A stretch of DNA of 64,000 nucleotides. Origin: an uncultured delta proteobacterium. Lineage in GTDB: Bacteria > Desulfobacterota > Binatia > UBA9968. The position numbers and the translations under genes were made by a program. Under the pieces are notes generated by a model, which was not told the DNA's origin, did not search any database, and saw nothing but the letters and a program-made list of their open reading frames with translations. The stretch's first letter is position 1. The number at the start of each line of letters is the position of its first letter. Where the stretch lies: positions 128,001 to 192,000 of the forward strand of contig CAWJZV010000042.1 of NCBI GenBank assembly GCA_963847445.1. The letters are read 5' to 3'. This document shows, one piece after another, positions 31,189 to 42,286 of this stretch.

Positions 31189-32190
31189 ATGAAGCTTGTG
31201 GGATTCTTCCTATCGCTCGCCTTGGAATTTTGGCTCGGGCTAACGTCTGTCCAGGCCGCGCAGGTCGCGGAGTTGGAGAAGCTCAACGTCTGCTATTCGT
31301 CCATCGCCGCCACGTCGATCACCACGTGGGTGCCGCAGGAAGCCGGCATCTTCAAAAAACACGGCCTCGATGTCAGCGTCATTTATGTCGCCGGCGCGCA
31401 GGCGATCACGACCTTGCTTTCGGGTGACGCGCATATCGTCCAAGGTTCCGGCGCGGCGGCGGCGCTGTCGCGGCTGTCCGGTTCGGATGCGATCACCATC
31501 GGCACGACCATCAACGTCATACCCATGAGCTTGGTGACCACTCCGGATATCGCGACGGCGCAGGATTTGAAAGGCAAGACCTTTGGCGTCAGCCGCTTCG
31601 GTTCGCTGACCGATCTGGGTTTGCGCAAGGCGGTGGCGGAGTTCGGTCTCGACCCAAACAAAGACATCAAGATGATTCAAACCGGCGGCGTGCCGGAGAT
31701 CTTGCTCTTCATGCAGCAGGGCGTGATCAAAGGCGGGTTAATCTCGTCGCCGACCTTGGAGAAGGCCAAGGAAGCGGGCTACAGGGAATTCTTGAATTTG
31801 AGCGAAGTGAAGTTTCGCTACCCTGGCACCGCGCTGGTGACGACCGATGCGTTCATTCGCAACCGGCCACAGACGCTTAACCGCTTTCTCAAAGCTACCC
31901 TCGAAGGCATCAAGTACGCCAAGGCCAACCCCGATTTTACCGTGCGCGTGCTCGGCAAATACACGCGTAACACAGACACCAAGCTGCTAATGAGCGCCTT
32001 CAAGAGTTACGTGCTCGGTTACATCCGCAACATCCCAACGGTAACCTTGCCCGAGATGGAAGCGATGATGGAAGATATCGCCGAGCGCAATCCCAAAGCC
32101 AAAGGCGTCGACGCGCGGAAGTTCTACGATCCAGCGCCGCTGGAGCAACTGGCGAAAGAAGGCTTCATCAAGGAATTGTATCCGCGTTGA
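31189..32190 (+). CDS. NitT/TauT-family substrate-binding protein
   Basis: GGAGG RBS; EAGIFKKHGLDV, DLKGKTFGVSRFGS, KEGFIKELY. Confidence 0.9.
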   Translation: MKLVGFFLSLALEFWLGLTSVQAAQVAELEKLNVCYSSIAATSITTWVPQEAGIFKKHGLDVSVIYVAGAQAITTLLSGDAHIVQGSGAAAALSRLSGSDAITIGTTINVIPMSLVTTPDIATAQDLKGKTFGVSRFGSLTDLGLRKAVAEFGLDPNKDIKMIQTGGVPEILLFMQQGVIKGGLISSPTLEKAKEAGYREFLNLSEVKFRYPGTALVTTDAFIRNRPQTLNRFLKATLEGIKYAKANPDFTVRVLGKYTRNTDTKLLMSAFKSYVLGYIRNIPTVTLPEMEAMMEDIAERNPKAKGVDARKFYDPAPLEQLAKEGFIKELYPR

Positions 32191-32380
32191 AAATCACGTG
32201 CACGCGTTCAATTCGTTCAAGTAGTTTAAGTCGTGCAAGCCGTTAGACGTATTGTGGTTTCCAGGCGACATATTTGGCTTACCATGGTCACTGAGTCTAG
32301 CGATTTCGGGTTATTGATACTTTCCCTCGGCATAGCGAAGCGGTATTATAGCCAGACTAGCCAGATCTGGGGAGGGCTGC

Positions 32381-32635
32381 ATGTCTACGGTTAAGTGGCA
32401 ATTGCAAGAAGCGAAGAATCGTCTCTCTGAAGTCGTTCGGAAGGCACGAAGCGAAGGGCCGCAGGTTATTACGTTGCATGGAGAAGATGCCGCGGTTGTA
32501 GTTTCAGCGAAGGATTACAAGAAATTTGCTAGGCCGAAGGGAAGCCTGGTCGAATTTTTTCGCAGCTCTCCGCTGGCCGGTGTCGATCTCGATCTCAGGC
32601 GTAGCCGGGATACCGGTAGAAAGATAAAGCTGTGA
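32381..32635 (+). CDS. Phd/YefM family antitoxin
   Basis: WQLQEAKNRLSEVV...GPQVITLHG; tandem TAGCCAGA repeat at 32349-32365 may be the operator. Confidence 0.9.
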   Translation: MSTVKWQLQEAKNRLSEVVRKARSEGPQVITLHGEDAAVVVSAKDYKKFARPKGSLVEFFRSSPLAGVDLDLRRSRDTGRKIKL

Positions 32636-33054
32636 GTTATCTGCTAGACACCTGCGTGATTTCCGAGTTGGTAAAAAAGCGTCCTCGTCGCCAGGTCGTA
32701 GACTGGCTAGACGGTCATGAGGAATCGACTCTTTTCTTGAGCGTGTTGACGATTGGTGAACTCGAAAAGGGGATCGTAAAACTATCTGCCTCGGCGCGTA
32801 AAACTAGGCTGACGACTTGGGTTCGGCGCGACCTGACGGCAAGATTCGGTAGCCGCGTAGTATCCATAGACGCGCGCGTCGCATCGCGCTGGGGGAGTAT
32901 CACCGGTGAATCGGAGCGGCGGGGATCGCCTTTGCCAGTTATCGATAGCCTCATCGCCACGACTGCTTTGGTTCATGACCTCCAGGTTGTGACTCGCAAC
33001 ACGGAAGATTTTGTACGCTGCGGGGTCGACTGCATTAATCCATGGGACGAATAG
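32632..33054 (+). CDS. vapC: VapC PIN-domain toxin
   Basis: YLLDTCVISE, TIGEL, IDSLIA, VTRNTEDF, NPW; GTGA overlap. Confidence 0.92.
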   Translation: MSYLLDTCVISELVKKRPRRQVVDWLDGHEESTLFLSVLTIGELEKGIVKLSASARKTRLTTWVRRDLTARFGSRVVSIDARVASRWGSITGESERRGSPLPVIDSLIATTALVHDLQVVTRNTEDFVRCGVDCINPWDE

Positions 33055-33140
33055 AGGAAGCTCCAGGATGGGCGGCACTAAAACGCGTAATCCACGTAAA
33101 GATCAGGACTCTCGCATAATTCGCCCGGAAGGGACCTGAC

Positions 33141-33899
33141 ATGTTGAAGAAAGCTTTCTTGAATTGGATTTCTCACACTCTTCAACTCGTTGTGGGAGTC
33201 TTGACTGCCACGTTGGTATTCGGAATCTTGCCAAGAGTTTCTTTCGGTCAGACACCGGCCACCTCGAATCCCATGAAAATCGGCATCATCGGCTCCGGCA
33301 ATATCGGCAGCACGGTGGGGACGCTATGGGTGAAGGCTGGACACCAGGTGATGTTTTCCTCGCGCAATCCTGGCAATCTTAAACAACTCGTCGATGGCCT
33401 TGGACCGCTCGCTCGCGCCGGCACGGTGGCGGAGGCTTTAGCGTTCGGTGACGTAGTCTTTATCGGTGTGCCTTACGGCGCCATGCCGCAACTTGGAAAA
33501 GACTACGCGAAAGAGTTTTCCGGCAAGATCGTGCTCGATGCCGGCAACGCCGTGGTGGCGCGGGACGGTGAGATTGGCAAAGCAGCGCGGGAAGCCGGAG
33601 TTGCTCTGACATCGGCGAAACTATTGGCCGGAGCCCGCATCGTGCGGGCGTTCAATACCCTCAACTCTCGCCGGCTCGCCATTCTTTCCAACCGACCCGA
33701 GGGGCGGATCGGAATTCCCATGGCCGGCGATGATCAAGAAGCGTTGAAGATCGCCTCCATGCTGGTGCGAGACGCCGGATTCGATCCGGTCGTGCTTGGC
33801 GGGCTCGAACGGTCGAAATTGTTCGAGCAGGGCGGACCGCTATACGGACAAGAAATTTCCGCGCAGGAGATGCGCGAACGGGTAAAAGCGCTGAAGTGA
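33141..33899 (+). CDS. NADPH-dependent F420 reductase-like (F420_oxidored) protein with N-terminal signal-like segment
   Basis: IGIIGSGNIG, SSRNP, VLDAGN, VRAFNT, DAGFDPV. Confidence 0.85.
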   Translation: MLKKAFLNWISHTLQLVVGVLTATLVFGILPRVSFGQTPATSNPMKIGIIGSGNIGSTVGTLWVKAGHQVMFSSRNPGNLKQLVDGLGPLARAGTVAEALAFGDVVFIGVPYGAMPQLGKDYAKEFSGKIVLDAGNAVVARDGEIGKAAREAGVALTSAKLLAGARIVRAFNTLNSRRLAILSNRPEGRIGIPMAGDDQEALKIASMLVRDAGFDPVVLGGLERSKLFEQGGPLYGQEISAQEMRERVKALK

Positions 33900-34026
33900 A
33901 ACTTGGATTTTCGTTCCTGCCTTGACGCTGTGCGTTCTGCTGGCGTAATTAGATTCTGATTAGTTCGTCGGGGCAAGCCGCTGTGCTTGCCCTTTCTGTT
34001 GTCACGGAACGTTGAAAGGAGCCGTT

Positions 34027-35083
34027 ATGAAAGCCGCCGTTCTCTACGAAGTGCGCCAACCCTTGAAGATCGAAGATCTCGAAATGCCGGAAGTGCATGA
34101 CGAAGACGTGTTGATCAAAGTCGCATCCTGCGGCGTGTGCCATACCGATTTGAAGGTCATCGAGGGGCGTAATCGGTTTACGCCGCCGACGATACTCGGC
34201 CATGAAGTGGCTGGCACTGTCGAAGCCATTGGCGCTCAGTGCAGAGACTTCAAGGTCGGCGATCGGGTGATCATCGGCATGCGCTACAAGTGCGGGCGCT
34301 GTCGTTACTGCTTGAGCGCCCATGAGAATCTCTGCGAGCGCCGCCCGGCGCCGCCTAATTTGAAAAGGCAAGATGGCACGGTGGTGACCCGCTGGAACGT
34401 CGGTGGTTTTGCCCAGTATGTGGCCGTGCCGGCGTATATGACTTTCAAGATTCCCGATGGCATCTCGATGGAAGAGGCGAGCGTGGTCGGCTGCCGCGTG
34501 ACCACGGCGTACAACGCCGTGAAGCATCGCGGCAAACTGCAACCCAACGAGTCGGCGCTGGTGATCGGCTGCGGCGGCATCGGTCTCAACACGATTCAGT
34601 TTCTCAAATGCTTCGGCGCTTATCCGATCATCGCCGTCGATATCGCCGAGGACAAATTAGCCGCGGCGAAAAACTTCGGCGCGACGCATACGATCAATGG
34701 CAGCGCGGAAGATCCGGTGAAGGCCGTGATCAAGCTCACCGACGGCGGTGTCGATAAATCTTTCGAGGCGATTGGCAATACGAAAACTGCCGATCAGATC
34801 ATACAAGCGACCCGGCCGGGCGGCACGGCGACGATCATCGGCGGCTTGGGCAGCGGGCCGTTCACGATCAGCAGCGGCAACTTCGTCACCAAAGAAATCA
34901 CCATCACCGGGGTGTCGAGCCGGCAGGCCAACGATGTCGATGAAGTGTTTCAAATGGCCCGGCAGGGACGCATCGAGCTCAAGAGCTTGATCACCCAGAG
35001 CTATCGCTATGAGCAGATCAATGAGGCGTTGCATGATCTGGAGCATGGGCAAACTGCGGATGGGGATTTCGCTTTGGAATTAG
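34027..35083 (+). CDS. Zinc-dependent alcohol dehydrogenase; frameshift near the end
   Basis: GVCHTD, GHE, CGRCRYC...C, GCGGIG. Confidence 0.9.
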
Positions 35084-35332
35084 CGCGCCGCGTTCAAAAG
35101 TTCAAGGTCGGATGAAGCGCGCGGTTCCAATCGTTCAAAAGTTCAAGCGGTTCAAATCGCTTCGGCTGTTCGGAGAGACAGCGTGGCACGAGCACTTCGT
35201 CATTGGAGCGCCGGCCGCACGCCAAGCCGACGCAAGGAGTTGACGTGCCGAGCCAAGAAAAACGAAGGCGCTAACGGTTCAACAATTGGTCGATTTGCGC
35301 TACTTTCAATAAGCAATAACTGATTTGGGGGA

Positions 35333-36187
35333 ATGATGAGGCACAAATGGAATGCCGGCGCATTGCTAGCGGCGGTGGTGTGGTGCATTGGCGCTGGGGT
35401 TCACGCGGCGGATGAAAAACCGATTGACGTTATAGAGGACAATAGTTTTCTCATCGAAGAGGCCTACAACCAGGAGCCCGGCGTGGTGCAGCATATTTTC
35501 ACCGCTGCCTACACGAAATCGGGTCGAACTCATGGTTGGGAATTTAGCTTTACGCAAGAATGGCCGGTGTTTTCACAGGACCACCAGTTTTCTTATACGA
35601 TTCCATCATTCCACCTGGTCGACGAAGGGTCGCGGGTGTCGGGTGTGGGTGACATCCTGCTCAACTATCGATACCAGTTGCTATACGAGGGCGATGGTAA
35701 ACCAGCCGTCGCGCCGCGCTTCAGTTTAATCTTGCCCACCGGCAATCGCAAAAAAGGCACAGGCAATAATGTGGTCGGTTATCAATTGAACTTGCCGGTC
35801 AGCAAAAAAATTACCGATAGCATTGCGCTCCATGGTAACGCCGGTGCGACGTTTTCACCCCATGTCAAAGCGCCGGTGGATATCAACGGGAACTCCGGTA
35901 AAAAATCTCTAACCTCAGCTAATCTTGGCGGCAGCGCGATTTACGCGTTGTTTCCGCGCTTTCATCTGATGCTGGAATGGGTCGGCATATTTGACCAAGA
36001 TTTTAGCGATTCGGGTAAACGCCAGCGATCGTTTCTGTCGACGATGTCGCCGGGTTTTCGGACGGCGATCGTCAACCAGGACAAGTTGCAGATCGTCACC
36101 GGCGCGGCCATGCCGATCGGGCTCAATCGCAAGACCGATAACCTCGGAGCGTTTCTTTATCTGTCGATCGAGCATAATTTGTTTTAG
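35333..36187 (+). CDS. Putative outer-membrane transporter (MetA-pathway/phenol degradation-like beta-barrel)
   Basis: Signal peptide, DNSFLIEEAYNQEPGVVQHI, GVGDILLNYRYQL, LILPTG, C-terminal Phe. Confidence 0.7.
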   Translation: MMRHKWNAGALLAAVVWCIGAGVHAADEKPIDVIEDNSFLIEEAYNQEPGVVQHIFTAAYTKSGRTHGWEFSFTQEWPVFSQDHQFSYTIPSFHLVDEGSRVSGVGDILLNYRYQLLYEGDGKPAVAPRFSLILPTGNRKKGTGNNVVGYQLNLPVSKKITDSIALHGNAGATFSPHVKAPVDINGNSGKKSLTSANLGGSAIYALFPRFHLMLEWVGIFDQDFSDSGKRQRSFLSTMSPGFRTAIVNQDKLQIVTGAAMPIGLNRKTDNLGAFLYLSIEHNLF

Positions 36188-36450
36188 TGAGACCTCAGAT
36201 TACCGAGTGCACGACGACGAACCGAAACTCGGCATATCTCCCGAAAGCACGAAAGGTCGCAATGAAGTCCGCGAAGAGTTTCGGCAATTTGGGAGACAAA
36301 CTGATTCCGGAATACGATCAGTTCTGATGCGATTTTCGCCTGTAAACTAGCGCACTTTCGGATCACTTCGTGGGAAGACTTTCGATCATGCCTTAGTGAT
36401 CCGAGGACTGGCAGGCCATGCCGGCGCTAGAATTTATCTGGGGGTGAAAC

Positions 36451-37542
36451 ATGAAGGGAATTATCGACGCCGATACGCATATTTCTGAAGGGGCAGCAAT
36501 GTGGGCGCTGATGGATCAGGCGATGCAGCCGCGCCGGCCGATCATGTTGCAGGTTCCAGACGACACTTGGTACGGCAACCGCGACGCATTTTGGCTGATC
36601 GACGGGGAGATCTATCCCAAGCCGGCGGGCAAGGGGAGCTTCGCGTTGGTCACGCCATCGGAACAAAAGGTCCAAGCCGGGCGCAAAGACTCGACGCCGG
36701 CGACGCGCGAGATGACCGACATCAAAGGCCGGCTGGCCGACATGGACAAGCTCAACACGGCGATGCAGATCGTCTATCCGACCTTGTTTCTGGTCTACAA
36801 CACCAAAGACAAAGAATTGGAAGTGGCGCTTTGCCGCGCTTACAACCGCTTTCTCGCTCAGGCCTGTGCACAATCCGGCGGCCTGATGAAGTGGGTGGTC
36901 GTGTTGCCGTTGCAATCGATGAATGTTGCCATCGATGAAATTCGCTTCGCCAAAGAGAACGGCGCGGTGGGGGTTTTCTTCCGCGGCATCGAAGGCGAAT
37001 ATACCCTCGACAGTCCGTATCTGTTTCCGGTCTACGAAGAAGCGCAAAAGCATAACCTGTCGATCTGCGTGCACACCGGCTGCGGCGTGAAGCAGGTGCT
37101 CGAGATGTTCGATCTGGCGCGCAACCATACCTTCGGCCACACCCGTGTCATGCCGCTGTTGGCGTTTCGCGATCTGGTTGCCAACAAGATTCCCGAACAG
37201 TTTCCTAGCCTACGCTTCGGCTTCATCGAAGCGGCCGCGGGTTGGGCGCCGTTTCTCATTCACATCATTCGCCGGGTGCTCAAAGAACGCTTTAAATACG
37301 CGAGCAGCGAAGAACTGTTCCGCGAGTACCGGCTCTACATCGCTTGCGAAGCGGACGAGGATATTCCGTATATCGCCAAGTGCACCGGCGAAGAGCATCT
37401 GCTGATCGGTTCGGACTATCCGCACAACGATCCGTCCCGCGAAGACCAGTTCGTCAATGCGCTCAATGTCCGCGAAGATATCTCGCCGCAATTGCGGCAG
37501 AAGATCTTGTACGACAATCCGCGCGCGTTTTATGCGCTTTAG
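36451..37542 (+). CDS. Amidohydrolase 2 family protein
   Basis: IIDADTH, VYPT, AYNR, IEAAAGW, GSDYPH, NPRAFY. Confidence 0.9.
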   Translation: MKGIIDADTHISEGAAMWALMDQAMQPRRPIMLQVPDDTWYGNRDAFWLIDGEIYPKPAGKGSFALVTPSEQKVQAGRKDSTPATREMTDIKGRLADMDKLNTAMQIVYPTLFLVYNTKDKELEVALCRAYNRFLAQACAQSGGLMKWVVVLPLQSMNVAIDEIRFAKENGAVGVFFRGIEGEYTLDSPYLFPVYEEAQKHNLSICVHTGCGVKQVLEMFDLARNHTFGHTRVMPLLAFRDLVANKIPEQFPSLRFGFIEAAAGWAPFLIHIIRRVLKERFKYASSEELFREYRLYIACEADEDIPYIAKCTGEEHLLIGSDYPHNDPSREDQFVNALNVREDISPQLRQKILYDNPRAFYAL

Positions 37543-37546
37543 AAGA

Positions 37547-37625
37547 ATGGAGTGTTGGAGTAATGGAGGGGTGGAGTGATGGGTTTCCGACCCAATACTC
37601 CAATATTCCAGTACTCCATCACTCC
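37547..37625. repeat. TGGAGT 8-mer inverted tandem repeat (also 2064-2133, 39579-39667, half at 52405-52425)
   Basis: tggagtgttggagtaatggag ... actccaatattccagtactccatcactcc. Confidence 0.85.
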
Positions 37626-37649
37626 GGGTGGCGGGCGGGCAAAAAGACA

Positions 37650-38629
37650 ATGAAATTGCGTCGCGTCTTTAAATTTAGTTTTGTCACGCTCGCTCTGCTG
37701 TGGGGCGCTACCGGCGGCGGGGCAGGAAGTTTTCATCGGCAATCCCGGCAAGAGCCTCAACTTTTTTCACTTCGATCTGGCCATCGAGCGCGGTTTTTTT
37801 CGCGAGCTTGGGCTCGACGTCAAATTGCTCCATACCAAGTGCGATGTCGCAGTGACGGCGCTGCTCACCGGCGACTTGCAGGCGAGCGGCTGCGTCGGCA
37901 CGGCGTCGCGGGTGATCGCCAGCCAAAACGTGCCGGTGCGCACGGTGATCTGGCTATTCAAGAAGCCGACGTTTTACGTCGTCGCCAAGCCGGAGATCAA
38001 AAGCGCCGCCGACCTGCGCGGCAAGACCATCGGCATTAGCTCCTTCGGCAGCGACACCGATCTAGCGATGAAAGTCTTCGCCCAGAGCGGCAAACTCGAC
38101 CCCGACAAAGATATCAAGCGCATCGTCGCCGGCTCGACGGCGACGCGCTTGCAAGGATTGAAAGCGGGATCGATGGACGCGACGACGCTTGTCGCCGCCG
38201 TTTAACATCTACGCCGAACAGATGGGGCTACGGGTGCTGGCTTACACGGGGGATTATCTGGAATTTCCCCAGAGCGGTTTCACCGTCGCCGACGCGACGC
38301 TCAAGAACAAGCGCGATTTGATCAAACGCTTGCTGCGCGGCACCCTGCGCGGTTTGCAGTTCACGCTGAAAAATCGCGCCGACACCGTGCGCTTCATCGC
38401 CAAGGACTACAAGCTGCAAGAAGCGGTGGCCGATAAAGTCTATACATCGCTCTTGCCGGCGATGAGCGAGAACGGTTTGGCGACTGACAAGGGACTGAGG
38501 AACATGATCGAAACCCTCGGCACGGCGGTGGGCAAGAACGTCGACTTTCCGCCGGAGCGTTTGGTCGACTACACGTTGCTGAAAGAAGTGCAGAAGGAGT
38601 TGGGCAATCCAGTGAGGCGGTGCCTATGA
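37650..38629 (+). CDS. NitT/TauT-family substrate-binding protein; frameshifts
   Basis: ERGFFRELGLDV, DLRGKTIGISSFGS, VDYTLLKEVQKEL. Confidence 0.85.
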
Positions 38630-39575
38630 AAAATATCTCAATGATGGTTTCCAGTCTGCTCGTGTCGCTCGCCATGGTGACGGCGGCAATGGGCGCGGAG
38701 ACGCGCGCAAAAGATCCGCATCGCTTACGCGAGCCGGAGCAGTTCGGCGCTGCCGCAATACCTGGCTCGGGCAAAAGGGATACTTCAAAGCCGAAGGGCT
38801 CGACGTCGAGATGATTCAGATGAATCCCCGGCTCGGCGCCACCGCCGTGGTCAACGGCGATGTTTCTTTCGCCACGCCGTTCACCAGCACGTTTCGCGGC
38901 GTTCTCCAGGGCTTTCCGATGAAGCTCGTCTTCGTCCATATCAAGAAAGGTCCGTATTACTTGATGGTGCGGCCGGAGATCAAGGACGTGCAGCAGCTCA
39001 AAGGCAAGAAGATTGGCGTGGCGACGATCAAGGGCACGGACCAATTGGTGGCCGAAGAGATGTTGCAGGCTAAAGGTTTCAACATCAGCCAGATCCAGGC
39101 GGTCGCCATCGGCGATGGGCCGGTGCGCATGCAGGCGCTGATCAGCGGCGCCGTCGAAGCGGTTTGTTTGGCGCCGCCGCATGATCTGATGCTGCGCAAA
39201 ATGGGCTACAACGCACTCCTCGGACCGCCTGAAATCGGCCTTCCTTCCGCCGGGATGCTGACCTCGGACCGCCTGATCAAAGAGAATCCACAAATCGTCC
39301 GGCGCACGCTCAAGGCGCTCCTGCGCGCGCATTATCATATCGTCGAGAATCGCCAAGACGCGATCCAGACGCTGATCAAGTGGCTGCCCCAGCCTTTGGA
39401 TGTCGCCGAACATTCCTATGATGCCGAGCTCAAGACGCTCAACCGCGACGGCACCATGACCGACGCCGAGATCGAAGCGATCATCGAGCGGGTTGGCGAA
39501 AAGAAGCGGCCGCTGGATGAAGTGCGAGATTTCTCTTTCGCGCGCGCGGCGCTGAAGGAGCTGGGAAGGCAATAG
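38626..39575 (+). CDS. NitT/TauT-family substrate-binding protein; frameshift near start
   Basis: IQMNPRLG, QLKGKKIGVAT, VRDFSFARAALKEL; ATGA overlap. Confidence 0.85.
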
Positions 39576-39670
39576 CCCGGAGTAATGGAGTGATGGAGTA
39601 CTGGAGGGTTGGGCCGGAATTCCGAAAACCCATCACTCCACCACTCCAATACCCCATCACTCCAATCCGC

Positions 39671-40810
39671 TCAGTGATTTCTATTCGTGTCATAGTTTTC
39701 GCCCAACTCTGATGCTCCGACAATCTGCGCGGCGATGTCATGGCGGCCGTGCATCATGTGCAGGTGCATGTCGCGGTAAAAACGTTCCAGCGGATGTTTG
39801 ACGAATAGCGCCGTCGAGCCGCAGATCTCCGCGGTGCTCCAGATGATTTTTTCCAGAGTCTCTTTGGCCATCCACTTGGCTTCGTGAGCGGCGACCATCG
39901 CGTCGTTGGGATTATTCTTAAACATGCGGACGGCACTGTAGAGAATCAATCTTGCGGCGTCGAGCATGCTTTTAAGCTCGCCGAAGCGCAGCTGCCGGTA
40001 GCTGTCCTTGGCGCCGTTTCTTTCGCGAATATAGGCGAGCGCCCAGTCGTACATGGCGCGCGCTGAGCCGAGATAGTTCGCCGTGAACGCGAAGTTGATC
40101 TTGCCCATCCAGTTTTCGCCGAGAAATTGCCCCGGCTGTCCCAGCAGATTTTCTTCCGGCACGAAGCAGTTTTCTAAGTATAACCATGGGCTGACGCAGG
40201 CGCGCATGCCGGTGGGGCGCCACGCTTCGGTGTCGATTTTCAAACCCGGCGTGTCTTTGTGCAGCATGAACATGATCGGCTTGGGATGGGAATCCGACGC
40301 GACCCGGCCGATCCAGAGCCACTCGGCCAGGCTCGCATTGGTGGCGTAGTGTTTGGTGCCGCTGACGAGATAGCCGCCGCTCACTTTTTTCGCGCTGGTC
40401 GGCGCCGCGCCGTAGGGTTCGGCGCCGGCGCCGGGGATCAGGGCGCCGCGTTCGAAGGTCGGCGCCAGCCATTTTTTCACCTGCTCATCGCTCGCCATGG
40501 CGTCGACCATCATCAGGCCGTTGTTGTGCACCTGAAAGCAGTGCGCCGTGGATGGATTGCCGTAGGCGAGGTGCTCGTCGATCAAGAAAAAACTCAGCGG
40601 ATCGTCGCCGTATAGACCGAAGCCCAAGCCGCCGCGTTTCTTGTCGAGATTGGCGACTAGCCAGCCCTGGCGATGAAGATCTTGGATGTCTTCCACCGGC
40701 ATGGCGAACTCGGCGTCATAGCCAGCCGCGCGCGGCGCGATGCGCTCTTTGACGAGCGCGTTAACGCGCTCGATCAGCTGTTGCTGTTCTTGAGTGAAGC
40801 CGAAGTCCAA
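39671..40810 (-). CDS. Acyl-CoA dehydrogenase family protein (flavin monooxygenase-like subgroup)
   Basis: (M)DFGFTQEQ, VSGTKHYAT, WRPTGMR, LERFYRD. Confidence 0.88.
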   Translation of the reverse strand: MDFGFTQEQQQLIERVNALVKERIAPRAAGYDAEFAMPVEDIQDLHRQGWLVANLDKKRGGLGFGLYGDDPLSFFLIDEHLAYGNPSTAHCFQVHNNGLMMVDAMASDEQVKKWLAPTFERGALIPGAGAEPYGAAPTSAKKVSGGYLVSGTKHYATNASLAEWLWIGRVASDSHPKPIMFMLHKDTPGLKIDTEAWRPTGMRACVSPWLYLENCFVPEENLLGQPGQFLGENWMGKINFAFTANYLGSARAMYDWALAYIRERNGAKDSYRQLRFGELKSMLDAARLILYSAVRMFKNNPNDAMVAAHEAKWMAKETLEKIIWSTAEICGSTALFVKHPLERFYRDMHLHMMHGRHDIAAQIVGASELGENYDTNRNH

Positions 40811-41149
40811 TGGGTGGGTTTCCTGGTTGAATTTCAGTGCGGATCTGTGCACCACGAGGGACACGAAGTTCGAAGAATTGATTTTTCTTGCTCTGTGCAC
40901 TTCGTACTACTATCCGTACGACTATCCGTGATAGTTTGCGCGGCGTGCGCCAATTTCTCCATGCGCCAAATCCGAGAGGGCGGGTTTCAAACCCGCCCCT
41001 ACAACTCCCGAGTCTTTTTTGCGCTCTTTGCGTTCTTTGCGGCCATTCTTCTTTCGGTTGCGGCTTCGCTGCGCTAGGTCCTTCGTGGGAAAAGTCTTTC
41101 TGTTTCCGGCACTGCCAATGAGAAAACACACCGTAGCGTGGCTACGACA

Positions 41150-42136
41150 TTATTTGTAAAGTTCTTTGATGAACCCGGATTTCTCCAGGTCGGCGACGAA
41201 TGAATTGTCGATGAACTGTTCCGGTTTGGCGGTTTTGGCGGCGGGATTGATCGCGAAGTTCAGCACCGTCTGCATTGCCGGGACGGATAAATAAGGCGCC
41301 GGCTCCCAAGCTTTCACATAGGTGTTGTAGGTTTCGTCGAGGTCTTCTTTGTTGTCAGTCTTGGTCCATTTGCCGATCACTTGCTTGGTGGTCTCCGGAT
41401 CGGTGCGGGCGATCTTGGTGGCCTCGATATAGGCCTGGACGTAGCGGCGCACCTTGTCCGGATTGCTCTTGATGAACTCGCGGGTGGTCGCCAGACCGGC
41501 ATGGATCATCGGAATATTCCGCGCCGTGATGTCGACCAGCTCCTTGAGTCCGGCTTGACGCGCTCTCAACGTCGTCGGCGCCGAGACGATGCCGGCGTCG
41601 ATGCGGCCCTGGCTCAATGCGGTGATCATGTCGGGCATGCCTTGGAGATGGGTAATCTGAATGTCTTTGCCCGGCTGCATGCCGGCTTGCTGGAGCAACA
41701 TGCGTGCCGCCAAGTCGGTGGTCGAGCCAGGGAGCGTGACGCCGAGAATCTTGCCCTTTAGATCTGATAATTGTTTGAACTCCGGTTTGCTGTAGATCGA
41801 CAGAACTGCACGATTGAGAATGCCGATGATGAAAGCGATGCGCGCGCCGCCGAGGCCGGCTTCGACTAATTCAGTTGCCGGGTTGACGATATCGATGCTA
41901 CCCGAGAGCAGCGCTTGAGTGCCGGTGGCCGAAAGCATGTACTTGAGATCCACCGCCAAGCCGTACTTGGTGAAGACGCCTTTGTCCTGGGCGATCCACA
42001 GCGGCGCAAAGGCGCCGCCAATGGAAGCATAGGTTGCCCGCAGCGGCATCAGTTCGGCGCTGCGAGCCACGGTGTTTGCCGATAGGACGGCGATCATGAC
42101 GGCTAAGAAAAGACAACGGCTACGACGAGAGCGCAT
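41150..42136 (-). CDS. NitT/TauT-family substrate-binding protein
   Basis: APLWIAQDKGVFTKYGL, LKGKILGVT, FIDNSFVADLEKSGFIKELY. Confidence 0.9.
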   Translation of the reverse strand: MRSRRSRCLFLAVMIAVLSANTVARSAELMPLRATYASIGGAFAPLWIAQDKGVFTKYGLAVDLKYMLSATGTQALLSGSIDIVNPATELVEAGLGGARIAFIIGILNRAVLSIYSKPEFKQLSDLKGKILGVTLPGSTTDLAARMLLQQAGMQPGKDIQITHLQGMPDMITALSQGRIDAGIVSAPTTLRARQAGLKELVDITARNIPMIHAGLATTREFIKSNPDKVRRYVQAYIEATKIARTDPETTKQVIGKWTKTDNKEDLDETYNTYVKAWEPAPYLSVPAMQTVLNFAINPAAKTAKPEQFIDNSFVADLEKSGFIKELYK

Positions 42137-42286
42137 CGGAATTCCCCCTCAGAAAAAGTTTAAGCAGATATATTAAAAAATCCCGGGTTGCGCTAGGGGC
42201 GGCGATAACATGGTTTCGAGCGCTATCTCTTTCCGGGCTGCTTATGGTAGGACGGAATTCGGTAAGCGAAATAATAGGAGGGATCG

